Below are positions 13,284 to 24,218 of a stretch of DNA of 64,000 bases, in pieces; within the stretch, counting starts at the first letter, position 1; each line of letters starts with the position of its first letter. The DNA is from Basidiobolus meristosporus CBS 931.73. Lineage: Eukaryota; Fungi; Basidiobolomycota. A model generated the notes under the pieces. That model had not been told where the DNA came from, did no database searches, and saw only the letters and a list, made by a program, of their open reading frames with translations. The position numbers were made by a program, and so were the translations under genes. The DNA is taken from positions 1 through 64,000 of the forward strand of contig MCFE01000269.1 in assembly GCA_002104905.1 (NCBI GenBank). Reading direction: 5' to 3'.

Positions 13284-13653
13284 TGTTATGATCTACCGCT
13301 TGAGCATTTAAACAACATCAGTTTTTAGTCAATTTATTTAGTTTTATGCTTAGCTAATAGCATGTCTGTGTTAGCTTTGAAATCAGTCATATCAGGTGCA
13401 GGTGACTCAGTAGATCCTTATCATACAGAAAAAGGTATTTCAATTAGAACTTAATGGGGTAATGATAATGCAATCAAATGAGTCATCAGCCACTACCTAT
13501 ATTAGGTAATACAATTAGTCCACAATTGATCTGGCAAGATATATATAAGGACCTGCTGGAACCTCCATAAAGAACAGAGCAAGTTTTAGTGAATTCAATA
13601 CTAGTTAAACTCCCTATTGCTCTACAACTCCTTCATTCAGACTTCTGATAATA
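13284..13653 (+). repeat. Gypsy-family solo LTR
   Basis: Starts tgttatgatctac, the same as the 3' LTR start at 19939, and ends ...tgataata (decayed TAACA). The body is homologous to 15397-15765. Confidence 0.75.
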
Positions 13654-13739
13654 TAATGGATATTTAAATGATTCCAGCTTTAGGGGCAAACTGGACTGAC
13701 ATGAACTTATGTGATGCTTGTGAATCAGTGATAATCTTT

Positions 13740-14440
13740 GCAGGAAATGCACTTATACCTCCATTCAACTATAATAGCTTCCACAAACTTGAGCCATTTT
13801 GGCAAAAGTTTTTGGCTGTTGTATTGTAAGTGAGTTCCAACTCTTCTTCAATATCCTCTTCATGTTACTAAGCTCAAGGGCTTCAATGTGGCCAACAAAT
13901 CTGCTGGCTAGAGTGCATCTCTTCTCTGAGGGCAGTTCTATGTGAAATGCCTTGGTGGTGGTAATTAAACAAAATCCTGTATTCTTACATTGTTTTGAGG
14001 TGGAATTCTTTTTCATAGGATCTATTTCCATTGGAACTGCTCCTGATTGTCTGCTTTCATATATATTAACGCCTTTCTGATTAGTCATCATAGGCTTTCC
14101 AACTCCAAGCCTGGCTTAGTTATAGTCAATAGCAATCTTGATGGCATCACAAATAGTCTGAGGCCTTAGATAGCACACTTCCTTGAAAATTTTGACCTTA
14201 TGCCCATTGTTGTGTATTAAATATGATCAAGGGGCACCATTCTTTCAACTTGCTGAAATAGGCATCAATAATCATATGTAAACTCTTCAGCCATTCCTTG
14301 CTGTCTGAGTGTATTTAGTTGCCAGCTTAGTAGTATCCTCTGATGTGGAGGTTCAAAACATCCTGAGTTTCTGGCACAAACTCATCCTAAGAAGAGATAG
14401 TAGAGCATTGCATCATGGAGGCTCACCTGATCTTGTAGTG
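13740..14440 (-). mobile_element. Gypsy gag fragment
   Basis: ORF 13765-14091 (MTNQKGVNIYESRQSGAVPMEID) and upstream sequence are homologous to gag at 16105-16720. Confidence 0.85.
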
Positions 14441-14589
14441 GTAACACTATAAAAGAGTATCTACCAGGTAAGCCATCAGGAACTTGTTTGGAGAATATTA
14501 TAATACCAGTAACTTGGAATTAGTGACCCTCTTAACAATCTTGCAATGGGATCACAATGGCATTTAGCTAACTTTACTGCCAAATAAAG

Positions 14590-15396
14590 TTATAAAACTT
14601 GACAGGTGTTGATTGGTGCTGTAGCAATAATTGCATGGCATTGTTGCGGTCTTGATACATTCTACAACAATTTTGAATGGATCTAACCAGCCAGTACATC
14701 CAATTGCCTTATATGGTAAAAGCTTGATGGTGTTTTGACAGCTTCTTTGCAAGTCTCTGATGGCCTTATTATAGCAGTATGGTGGCCTACAGCAAGTTCT
14801 GTGTAAAGTATTTCCTTTTTCTACCTTGCCTTGTGCAGTTCATATTCTACTGTAGATTCATCCATTTTTATTTGTTTACCCACTGCTACCTTGGGTATTC
14901 CACATATAGTCAAATCAAAAAATACTATGGCCTCCTGCTTACCAATCTCCACAAATGTGCACACCTGCCACAAGTAAAATACTTCTACTACCATAACTTT
15001 ATGGATTTTTAGTGTGATACTTGCAGAGTTGCCACTTACCTTGTATTGCTGGTAACATAAACATCTTTCCAACACATGCTTGGCTGCCTCCACTTCTGCC
15101 ATAAATACCTCCTGAATATTTGCAAAGAGCTTATCAATGTATAGCCACTATACTTCTTCTTCCTGCTGGATTCTACTCCCCCTGATAGGTGTGCTCTGGC
15201 TTGTGTTTGTGTGAGTTCTTTATTGAATGATGTAGAGGTTGACTTGTGACCAAGAGAAACCCAGCATGCTTGGTAGAACTTTCCTGATAAAAATTAGTTG
15301 CTTGTTGCACCCACCCAACCTTACATTACTGATTACCCATGCATTGGGGCTGCTGAGCTTGTTAATTCCATAGGCATAAGTGTCTCTATATGCAGA
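14590..15396 (-). mobile_element. 3' part of CACTA-like element, copy 2
   Basis: Colinear nucleotide homology to 3296-4100, which directly continues the CACTA motifs of copy 1 (e.g. gggtgcaacaagcaact, gtatgctgggtt, tagaatccagc, ggaggccatagt, caatgccatgcaa). Confidence 0.65.
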
Positions 15397-18300
15397 TGTT
15401 CTGATCTCTGCATGAATGTGCATGTTAGATCAGTTTTTAATCCAATCAATTATTTTTATATTTGGCCCATTGGTATATCAGTGTTTTCTATCAGATCAGT
15501 AATATTGGTCAGCAGATGAATTGGCAGATCCCTATCATACAGAAATAGATATATCAAGTACAATCTAATTGGGTGATGATGAAGCAAGCAAATGAGTCAT
15601 CAGCCACATCCTACATTAGGAAATACAATTAGTCAGCAATTACTCTGGCAAAGTGTATATAGCAAGCTGCTGGAACCTCAATAAACATGAGTTCAAGTTT
15701 TAGTGGGTAAAATACTAGCTAAACTCCCTATCCCACTACAACTCTTATACCAAGACTTGCAAAATTGTTAGCAGCAGCAACTTGAAGCCTCCCCCCTGAA
15801 GAAAGAAGAAGCCCCCCTCAAGATGTCAGAAAATCAAGAATGGAAGAATGCTATGCAGTAAGTCCTGGCCAAACAGCAACAGCTACTCCAGATCCTTAGC
15901 CAGCAGCAACAAGGAATGACTACAATATCACAGAACCAGTAAAACCCTGTTAAGGTCAACTGGTACCATAATAGAGTCAATGAAAACCTTGGAACTTTGC
16001 TCTTCCAGATTGAGGAAGCTTTCAAGGCTAAGGGAATTGCTCCAGAAAGCAAGTTGCATTATGCAGCTTCTTACTTAGCAAATGCAGCTTTATAGTGCTA
16101 CCACAACAAGATCCAGTTAGCCACTATGATAGGATGCTCTACAATCTCCACCTGGGATGAGTTTGGGTCACAAGTTCAGGATGCTTTTGAACCCCCACAC
16201 CAGCAGACACTACAGACAAAGAGGCTAAAGACACTGAGACAGAAAGGCATGGTTCAAGAACACATCCATGAGTATAGATGTCAGCCTGGACAAATTGAAC
16301 AAACAGACCCTCTGGATCAAGTGAAATACTTTATTGAATGGTTGAAGGAAAGAATGTTCATGGAAGTGAATTATTGGAGACCTCAGATCATTGAAGCAGC
16401 TATAAAGATTGCCATGGACTATGACTCAGATATGTTTCAAGTTGGGAAGCCCACAATGACTAATCAGAGAGGCAACAATCTCTATGAAAGAAGACAATCA
16501 GAAGCAGCACCAAAGGAAATAGAGGCTATGTAGAAGAATCCTACTCCAGAAAAATGTAAGCAGAAAGGACTTTGCTTTAATTGCCATCAACAAGGATGTA
16601 TTGCAAAATACTGCCCTCAGAGAAGAAATGGACACCAGTCATTAAGAACCTTCATCCATATTGAAGCCCTTGAGCATAGTAACATGGAGGAAGCACTTGA
16701 AGAAGACCCATAACTCACCTTCCATATGACCAAAGAATACCTCAAATGACCTCACACTTAGGAAAGCTATTATACTTGAATGGAGTAATCAATGGAGTAT
16801 CTGCCAAAATCATGATTGACTCAGGAGCATTGCATGAGAACATATCAGCGCAATTTGCTTTGAAAGCTGGAATCAACCTGGTACCCACCAAATCAACTTC
16901 AGTCTCAACAGCAGATGGGAACTCTTACATAATCACTGTTACTAGTTGGCTAGTAAGAATGAAGATCAATGTCTATGAAGAAGATCTACTGGCCTTTATA
17001 TTTGGGAACTGTGAATCTGGCCTTGAGCTTGGAAAAACCTGGCTATTTTGTTGTAATCTATCAATCAACTAAAGAACCCATGCTACTCAAATCCTTAAGG
17101 ACAACACAACCTATGAGCTATTTCCCACCAGTCTGGATCTTAACTTGGTCAATTCTAGTGTAAGTGAAACAAATGAACTTAGCAGGACACAGTTCTGTAG
17201 AGCACTTAGACAAGTACTCAGATGTTCCTCATGGTGATATTACAGGAGGACTCCTCTACTGTAGCACCCAATAAGGTTCAGACTCTTTTGAAGGAATATT
17301 CAGTTGTTTTTCCAGATGAATTTGTTAGCCTACCTCCAGCCAGAGACATGGATCATGCCATTGACACAGGAAATAGCCCCCCAGTGAGTAAGACACCTTA
17401 CAGAATGAGTCCATTGGAGTAGGAAGAGATCAAGAGACAAGCAGATCAGCTATTAGAGCAAGGATATATCAGACCCTTCAAGTCACCTTAGAGAGCACCA
17501 GTACTTCTTGTGGAAAAAAAGGATGGAACACATGGGATGTGCATTGACTACAGAGCCCTCAACTCAGTAACTTTGAAGAATAAGTACCCCATACCTTAGA
17601 TTGCTGAGCTTTTGGACCAACCCAATGGAGCCACCATATTCAGCAAGATTGACCTTATGTCAGGATACAACCAGATTAGGGTGAGTCCAGAAGACATCCC
17701 TAAAAAAGCATTCAGGACCGGATGTAGATATTACAAGTACCTAGTCATGAGTTTTGGCCTTACTGATGCCCCAGCAACATTCATGACCTTGATGTAAAAA
17801 GTCTTCCAGGAATACTTAGACAAGTTTATGGTAAACCACCTGGATGACATTGATATAAAGAAAAAGAGAAGAGGACCACTTGGTGCACATTGAGAAGATC
17901 TTCAAGGAGCCAAGAAAGAACAAGCTGCACAGCAAGCTAGCAAAGTGTGAATTCTTGAAGGAACATGTTGAATACCTGGGACACATAGTGACTAGCACAG
18001 GAGTGACCTCAGACCCCAAGCAAGCTGAAGTCATCAAGAATCTGAAGCAGCATGAAAGCATATCAGAACTCAGATCATTTCTTGCAGTGGTTTCCTATTA
18101 TTGGAAATTTGTCAAGTACTTTGCAAGTATTGCAGCCCCTTGAACTCATATTCCCAAGAAAGACAACCCTATGAGGTGGGATGTGGCCTGTGAGGCTGCA
18201 TTTGAGATACTCAAGAATGAACTTCCTGAGCTGCAAAGCATAAGAATCCCAGACTTCAGAAAAGAGTTTACTCTGTTCACAGATGCTTCAGACTATGCAA

Positions 18301-19970
18301 TCAGTGGTGTACTGAGCCAAGAGCATGAGGGAAAGGACTACCAAAATGCTTTTGAGTCCAGGAAATTAAACCCAGTAGAGGAAAACTATCCAGTGCATGA
18401 GAAGGAGCTGCTTGCCATAATACACTGCTTGAAGACCTGAAGATACTATATTGAAGGAGTCAAGTGCACTGTGAAGAGTGATCACACCTCACTCAGGTAA
18501 ATATTTACTCAGAAGGTACTCTTCAGAACAATGACAAGATGGAGTGAATACATTCAGCAACTTGACTTGGAGATTTTCTACTTCCCTGGAAAAAACAACA
18601 TGGCTGCTGATGCCTTATCAAAACTAGAACAAGTTGCACAACTCAACCTGGTGCATGAATCAGACTGGTCTAGCTTATTACCAAAGTACTTGGAGGACCA
18701 AGCTATTCTTAATGAGATGAATGAAGAGATCAAGAAGATAATCTGGGATGAAGCCAGCAAGTTTATAGTACAGATGAAACACTCTACCAAATTGCTGATG
18801 GAAGCCCTATTGCCTATTGCCCTTATGTTGCTTGCCTGGATTTAATACATAAGCTACACAATGAATAAGTACATCTTGGCATTGAAGGAACCTATAGCCT
18901 TGTGAAAGCTAGAGCATGGTAGTCCAGAATGAAACAAGATATTGAGAAGCTAGTGAAAACATGCCTAAATTGCCACATCAACCAAGGCTAACCACAGATA
19001 ATTGCAGAACTCTTTCCCTCAGAGCCCGTGAGACCATTTGAGAAATGGGGAATTGAACTTATTGGAAGACTTCCAGCCATCAGGAAATGCAACTGGTGGA
19101 TCCTAGTAGCAATTGCCCATGCCACTAAATGGCTGGTGGCTAAAGCAGTACCTGTAGCCAGTGAACCAGAAGTTGCAAGTCTCTTCTACAATAAGAACCC
19201 TATGAAGTTTTGATGCCCTGTAGGGATTTTATACAATATAGAAGCAAGCTTTATGACAAAGACATTGGATGCTTACCAGGAAATGCAGCAGATTAAACAC
19301 TTGAAAACCACAGTATATGACCCTAGAACTAAGGTAGTTACCATGCAGTTTAATGGATTATATGCAAAAATGCTAATCAAATATGCAAATGTAGCTGCCA
19401 TTGGATGGAATGAGTATATAAACTAGGCACTTTTTGTCTGCAGAGTTAGAGGGCACAACACCACCCAACAATTCCCATCTTATTTAATGCATGGATGTGA
19501 ATCAAGGATTCCAGAAGATCTCACAAAACCAAAGCTTACAAATGCCTTAGAAGATGAGCTCAGTCAGCCAAGTAGACACCAGCAGCTGGAACAAAGGTGT
19601 CAAGAGGCATAGGTCAAAGTATCTCAGAGAGCAGAAATGATGAAGCAAAGATTTGATAAGACTATATCACCAGAGGCATTGACAGTTAGGAGCTTTGTAT
19701 CACTGAGAGACAACACACAGAAGAAGTTTGAACCAAATGAACAGGACCTTTCAAGATCACCAGAGAATGTCCATTTGCAACTTACCAGCTAGTGGGCAAG
19801 CAAGGTAATATCTGGGAAGACTTAGTTCAAAGAGACAGACTCAAGCTTGCAAGACTTGCCAGCAATACTGAACCATCAGATATTAGTATCACAGGAAAAG
19901 AGATTCCAGAGAACCCTCTGAACTTTAGTAGGGGAGAATGTTATGATCTACTGCTTCAATGTTTAAGTTA
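15397..19970 (+). mobile_element. Degenerate Ty3/Gypsy LTR retrotransposon
   Basis: 5' LTR ~15397-15765; gag from 15823 with a CFNCHQQGCIAKYC knuckle; PR MIDSGA; [29 protein letters not shown]; RH LFTDASDYAISGVL/KELLAI; INT PFEKWGIELIG and GPF motif; PPT agtaggggagaa; 3' LTR starting 19939 but truncated after ~30 bp. Many stops and frameshifts; no chromodomain recognised. Confidence 0.92.
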
Positions 19971-20920
19971 GAGCAAGCATACAGAGTTCATCCAGCATTG
20001 GATACTGGTAGCTATCCTAGTTGAACAGGGATTTAAGCCCAGATACCGGTGAGAATACCATAAGATTTGTGCTCTGATACCATAAGATAGGCAGCAGATT
20101 CAGGCTGATGAGAATCAGTGGCCAGCAGGATTTGCTGGTAGAGTACTTGTTTAGTGAGTATCCATCAAGTGCTGAGGCAAAGGCATGGTCATACATATTT
20201 TCAAAGTAGCCCTTGCTTCTTAGCTGTTTGTGATGCTTGCCATTTAATATATTGGATATGTTTGTGCTTGATTGATACTGAGTGCAGTACTTTGTAGCGT
20301 TTCAACATTTTTTGGACTGCATGAGCTTGTTTAAACACAGTATTACTGGAATATATCCAGAGTGTGAACAATGTTTTCCTTCAATGGTGGTGGATTCCTG
20401 ATAATTTGGACACATTGCAATGGTGGTATTTTGGATGTGAATGCCATGCAACTATTAGCACATGCTGGAATCCAGACAGTCTCTGGGTTATATGTTGCCA
20501 GCAACATGATGGTGGTCCACTTGTGCTATGTACATAGTAATTTGCATTCCAGAATGTTTTTGGCAAGAAGTAGAAGTAAATCTTCAGAGCCCCCATTACA
20601 GCTATTAGTGGAAACATGCAACTTTGCTAGCCACAACATTACATCTTTCACCAGTAAATGGATTACTGGGCTCACCTGGCTCTATAGAGTATCCTTGGCA
20701 TTTGTTTCAATGGGTGTTGTCTCATTGCATATTGGAATTTGACCAGGCTCATGTGTGGTACTGTTCTTAGGGGAGATAGGCTCACAATCAATCAGTGAGC
20801 CTTGTTTGTCAGAGCTATCACTCTGTATTCCATATTCAGAAGGCTGAGGTGAGCCTAAAGGCATCACAAACTCACCTGACTTCATTTGCATATGGTGACA
20901 AAGATGGCCAGGTGCCAATA
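19970..20920 (-). mobile_element. CACTA/EnSpm-like transposase N-terminal and core region, copy 2
   Basis: Minus frames read EDLLLLLAK...HKWTT..LATYNPETVWIPACANSCMAFTS and ISNILNGKHHKQLRSKGYFENMYDHAFASALDGYSL...CWPLILISLNLLPILWYQSTNLMVFSPVSGLKSP...SYQYPMLDEL. These are typical Tnp2/CACTA motifs. Confidence 0.85.
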
Positions 20921-21417
20921 TAGAAGTATCAACTAGCCAGCAAGATAATGTTGGTACATCAGTTACTGATATATGGTCTAATGTGACTTGTGTGGCAAAA
21001 CACTGGCTGTGATCCTTGGAATACTTACTATGCTGTCTGCATGCTTTGTGGCTGAGAGGCTTGCTACAATAGCCACATGGTTTTTTTCTCTTCTCTTATG
21101 GTATTGAATCAAAGTAGTCTTGTCCATGGGGCAAACAGCTTGATCTTCAACAATGTAATGCATTATAACACTTTTTGGTCGGTACTTAGGTGAATTTCAG
21201 ACAGACTTGTATTTGAGTCATTGCACCTATGTGAATATAAGATTCAATAATGACCTGCCATAGTAAGCATTATACATAAAGTTGTGGCACCACATACCAA
21301 CATATATGTAACACTATTTCCCCTTTGGTTTGACTTGCTTCCATATATATGCCGCCAAAAAATAGAGCAAAGTAGTGTGGCTCCCAACTAAACCACACCA
21401 CTGATGGCAGCAGGAGA

Positions 21418-23296
21418 ATGATTGGACAACAGCTTGCTTTAACATGCAGTGCAACAAGCAGGGCTACATCCAAAAAAAGCCATGCTGACAGTATGCTCAC
21501 TGAAGGTAATAATGTGGACTCCTCAGGCTCTCAGTCAAGTAGGCAACTGAGAACCTCTGCAGAGCTGCAAGCTAACTATTATGCTCAGGCAGATGAGAAT
21601 GTAGCAAATGCAGTTCCTTCAGTTGAAGACCAGCAAGTGGCTGACATAACATCACCACCACCCATATTAGCAAGTATGTTGTCAGCTCATACAACAGCAT
21701 CAACAAAGCAATTAGGTGCAGCTACTTATAGGATAGATGCAATGGCCCAGAGAAAGCAAGAAATAGTCCAGAAACAAGACAAGCAGTTAATAAGCACAGA
21801 GCAAGCAATATCACAGGTAGAGAAAGCAGTGTCTTTGCTGCAAAGAAGGAACTCAAGTAGCTTAATGTCACAGCCCAGAATTAAGCCATTTCCTGATGTA
21901 ACAGCAGAGGAACACCATACAGTCTTTGAAGCGCAACATCAGTGCCCAAAGATAAAGCCTACATAGAGCCTATTACAGCATGGGAGGGAGACAATGTGGT
22001 GTTTATACCAAGGCCTAAAAATCAAAAGACATTGAAGATCCATGAAGCCATTGAGAGCAATAATGAAGAGTGGGCTAAAACTCAAGAGGTTGTCAGTAGT
22101 CTAGTGTGCCATCACCTTAAGGCTGGCACACCATGGCACCATCAGGAGCTCAAGGCCAAGTGGAATGTGCTTTGCTTGTTCCATGAGCAACATCTCGAAC
22201 TCAAATGGGCAAACAGCTTTTGGGCCAGCATTGTTATGCTAAGAAAGTATCTTAAGAATAGCAGCAACTATCAGAGGCAGAAGAACAAGGGGCTATGGCT
22301 AAAAGCCAGTGGCTTCCCCAAGTGCCTTTTACAAGCAGGGCCAAAAGCTCCAAACAAAAGTTAAACAGATGTCAGGTAGCCAGAAGAGTGTTAATAAGGG
22401 ACAATCATGCAGACACAAATGCACCTGCAAGACATTTATCAAGTAAAAAGTGTTGTAGCAGTTAAGAGGCACTCTGTGACAGTAGCAGTGAAGGACCTGG
22501 CAGTAATAAAGACCAGTGGCTTTCTCAGGAACCTGTCACAGCCATGACTGAGAGCTCAAAACAAGCAGTAAAGAAACATCAAGCTGCCAGGAGAGTGCCA
22601 GCAAGGGACAAGCAGGCCAAAACAAATGCAACAGAGTATAATTTATCAAGGAGAAAACATAGTTCACTACAAAAAGCACTCTGATGAAGTAGCAGTGAAA
22701 GACCTGACAGTGATAAAGGAAAAGGTAAATGGGAAAATGTCTACCCAAGTCTTAGACAGGGAGGCATGCAGAAAAAACTGCAGTTCTTGCCAATTAATGC
22801 TGCAAGCCTGGAACTGATTGAATCCCATAATAGCCAAGAAGAGTTACCAACAAGAAAACAGCTGTTTTCACAAGAGGTGGAAGTGCAGCCAGTTGAGCTA
22901 CACTCCAGCAAGGTAGATGAGTTTGCAGAGAATATCAATTCATCTACCACAGCCTCCACATCCTCCATTGTTGACAGGGTGGAGATCCCATCAACAGACA
23001 AGGCTGCAACATCAAGAACTCAAAAGACTATCACAATGCCTTCAGTAGAATTTTGGAACATTAATAGGCACACCAAGAGCTTGCAGCACTTCCTCAAGAG
23101 CTGTGCTGAAGAAAACATACTTGAATATTGCAAGGATTTATTGCAAAGACTGGCAGATGAGGTGCTAGATCTTGCAGTGCCAGCTAAAGACCAGGATGTG
23201 CGGGAACTAATGAATGAACAGTGGCATAAAGGTGTTGGGCTCCTGCCAAAGTTATGGAAACATAGTGTTACAGCAGAATTATATATTGGGTGGTAG
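21418..23296 (+). pseudogene. ORF-X: broken transposon-associated ORF of unknown function (low-complexity N-terminus, coiled coil, helical domain)
   Basis: Consecutive ORFs 21418-21966, 21942-22364 and 22766-23296; homologous copies at 1-475 and 36790-36960. It contains a predicted coiled coil (AQRKQEIVQKQDKQL...AVSLL) and a W..Q...H..L...WA...ML..YL.N segment. Confidence 0.6.
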
Positions 23297-23749
23297 ATTT
23301 TAATGGAGTTACTTGTTAAGTGTGGGGTTGGGCTTACTGTTAGTGTAGGGTATAGGGACTTGTATAGTTTAATGCAATTGGCAATTGAGGTACAACTGAA
23401 GTTTCAACAAAAATAAATCAATTTGTAAGCATGAAAGGTTAGAGAAGCAGTTGAGTCAGGAAGTAAGGAGTGTGAAAAAGAGGCAATAGCCAATTAATGT
23501 ACACCAATATAGGAGGTGATTGAGTGTCCAGGATAAGAGAGTGAGCAAATTGGCAGGGAACCAATCAAAAGCCACTTATATATTGCTGTGATGAAAATTT
23601 TGACCAAGTTTTTTGTTAAATCTGGGGTGCAATTAGTTTTCAACAGTCTCTGCACTGTCTCCTGACAGGATCAGTACCTCTTAGTCATTGGACTATAAAT
23701 CTGTGACAGCCCTTGACAGGATCATCACAATAATTATCCATAGGGTATA

Positions 23750-24218
23750 TTTACATCCTAGATCATCTTAAAATAAAGTAAAAAACACTTTTTGACATAA
23801 GCTCAAGTGTTTAGAAAGCTTTCTTTACTACATTGCTACTTTTGTAACTTCACAGAATGCCATTTACACAGCCTCTGTGGCACAAGGTGTTGCAGTTGGT
23901 TGCTTTCTTGAAATCCATGACATTGCTCCTATGGAGTAAGCAAAGGTTCATCCTGTGGTGGATCTTCTGGCTTGAAAATTTCATCTCCTACCAGCATCAA
24001 AGTATCCCAGAAGGTCCTATTCTGAAGCTTTATAGGTGCACCTTAAGTAGATATCAGCAGTTTCTTTTAGGTGTCTAAAAACCCACTTAAATGCTGCAGT
24101 ATGATCAAATCCATAGGTCTGATTATGCTATCTAACAACTCCTACTGAATATGAGATATCTGGATGTGTTCCTAGCATCTATGCAGAATACTGCTGGCCA
24201 CAGATTGATAGGGAAAAT
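23750..24218 (-). mobile_element. Old Copia-B RT/RNase H relic, interrupted by a younger Copia-B LTR
   Basis: Homologous to 24780-25255. It breaks at the FPYQS codons exactly where the LTR at 24219 begins. Confidence 0.85.

Noticed and set aside
14590-15396. Gypsy integrase interpretation of this repeat
   Set aside because: The integrase resemblance is weak. Its homolog at 3296-4100 directly continues CACTA transposase motifs on the same strand.
19740-19938. Chromodomain at the Gypsy integrase C-terminus
   Set aside because: After the GPF motif only a short non-conserved tail precedes the PPT, with no aromatic-cage chromodomain pattern.
22434-22718. CRISPR-like or satellite array
   Set aside because: Only two diverged ~78-bp units inside ORF-X; there is no regular repeat-spacer structure.
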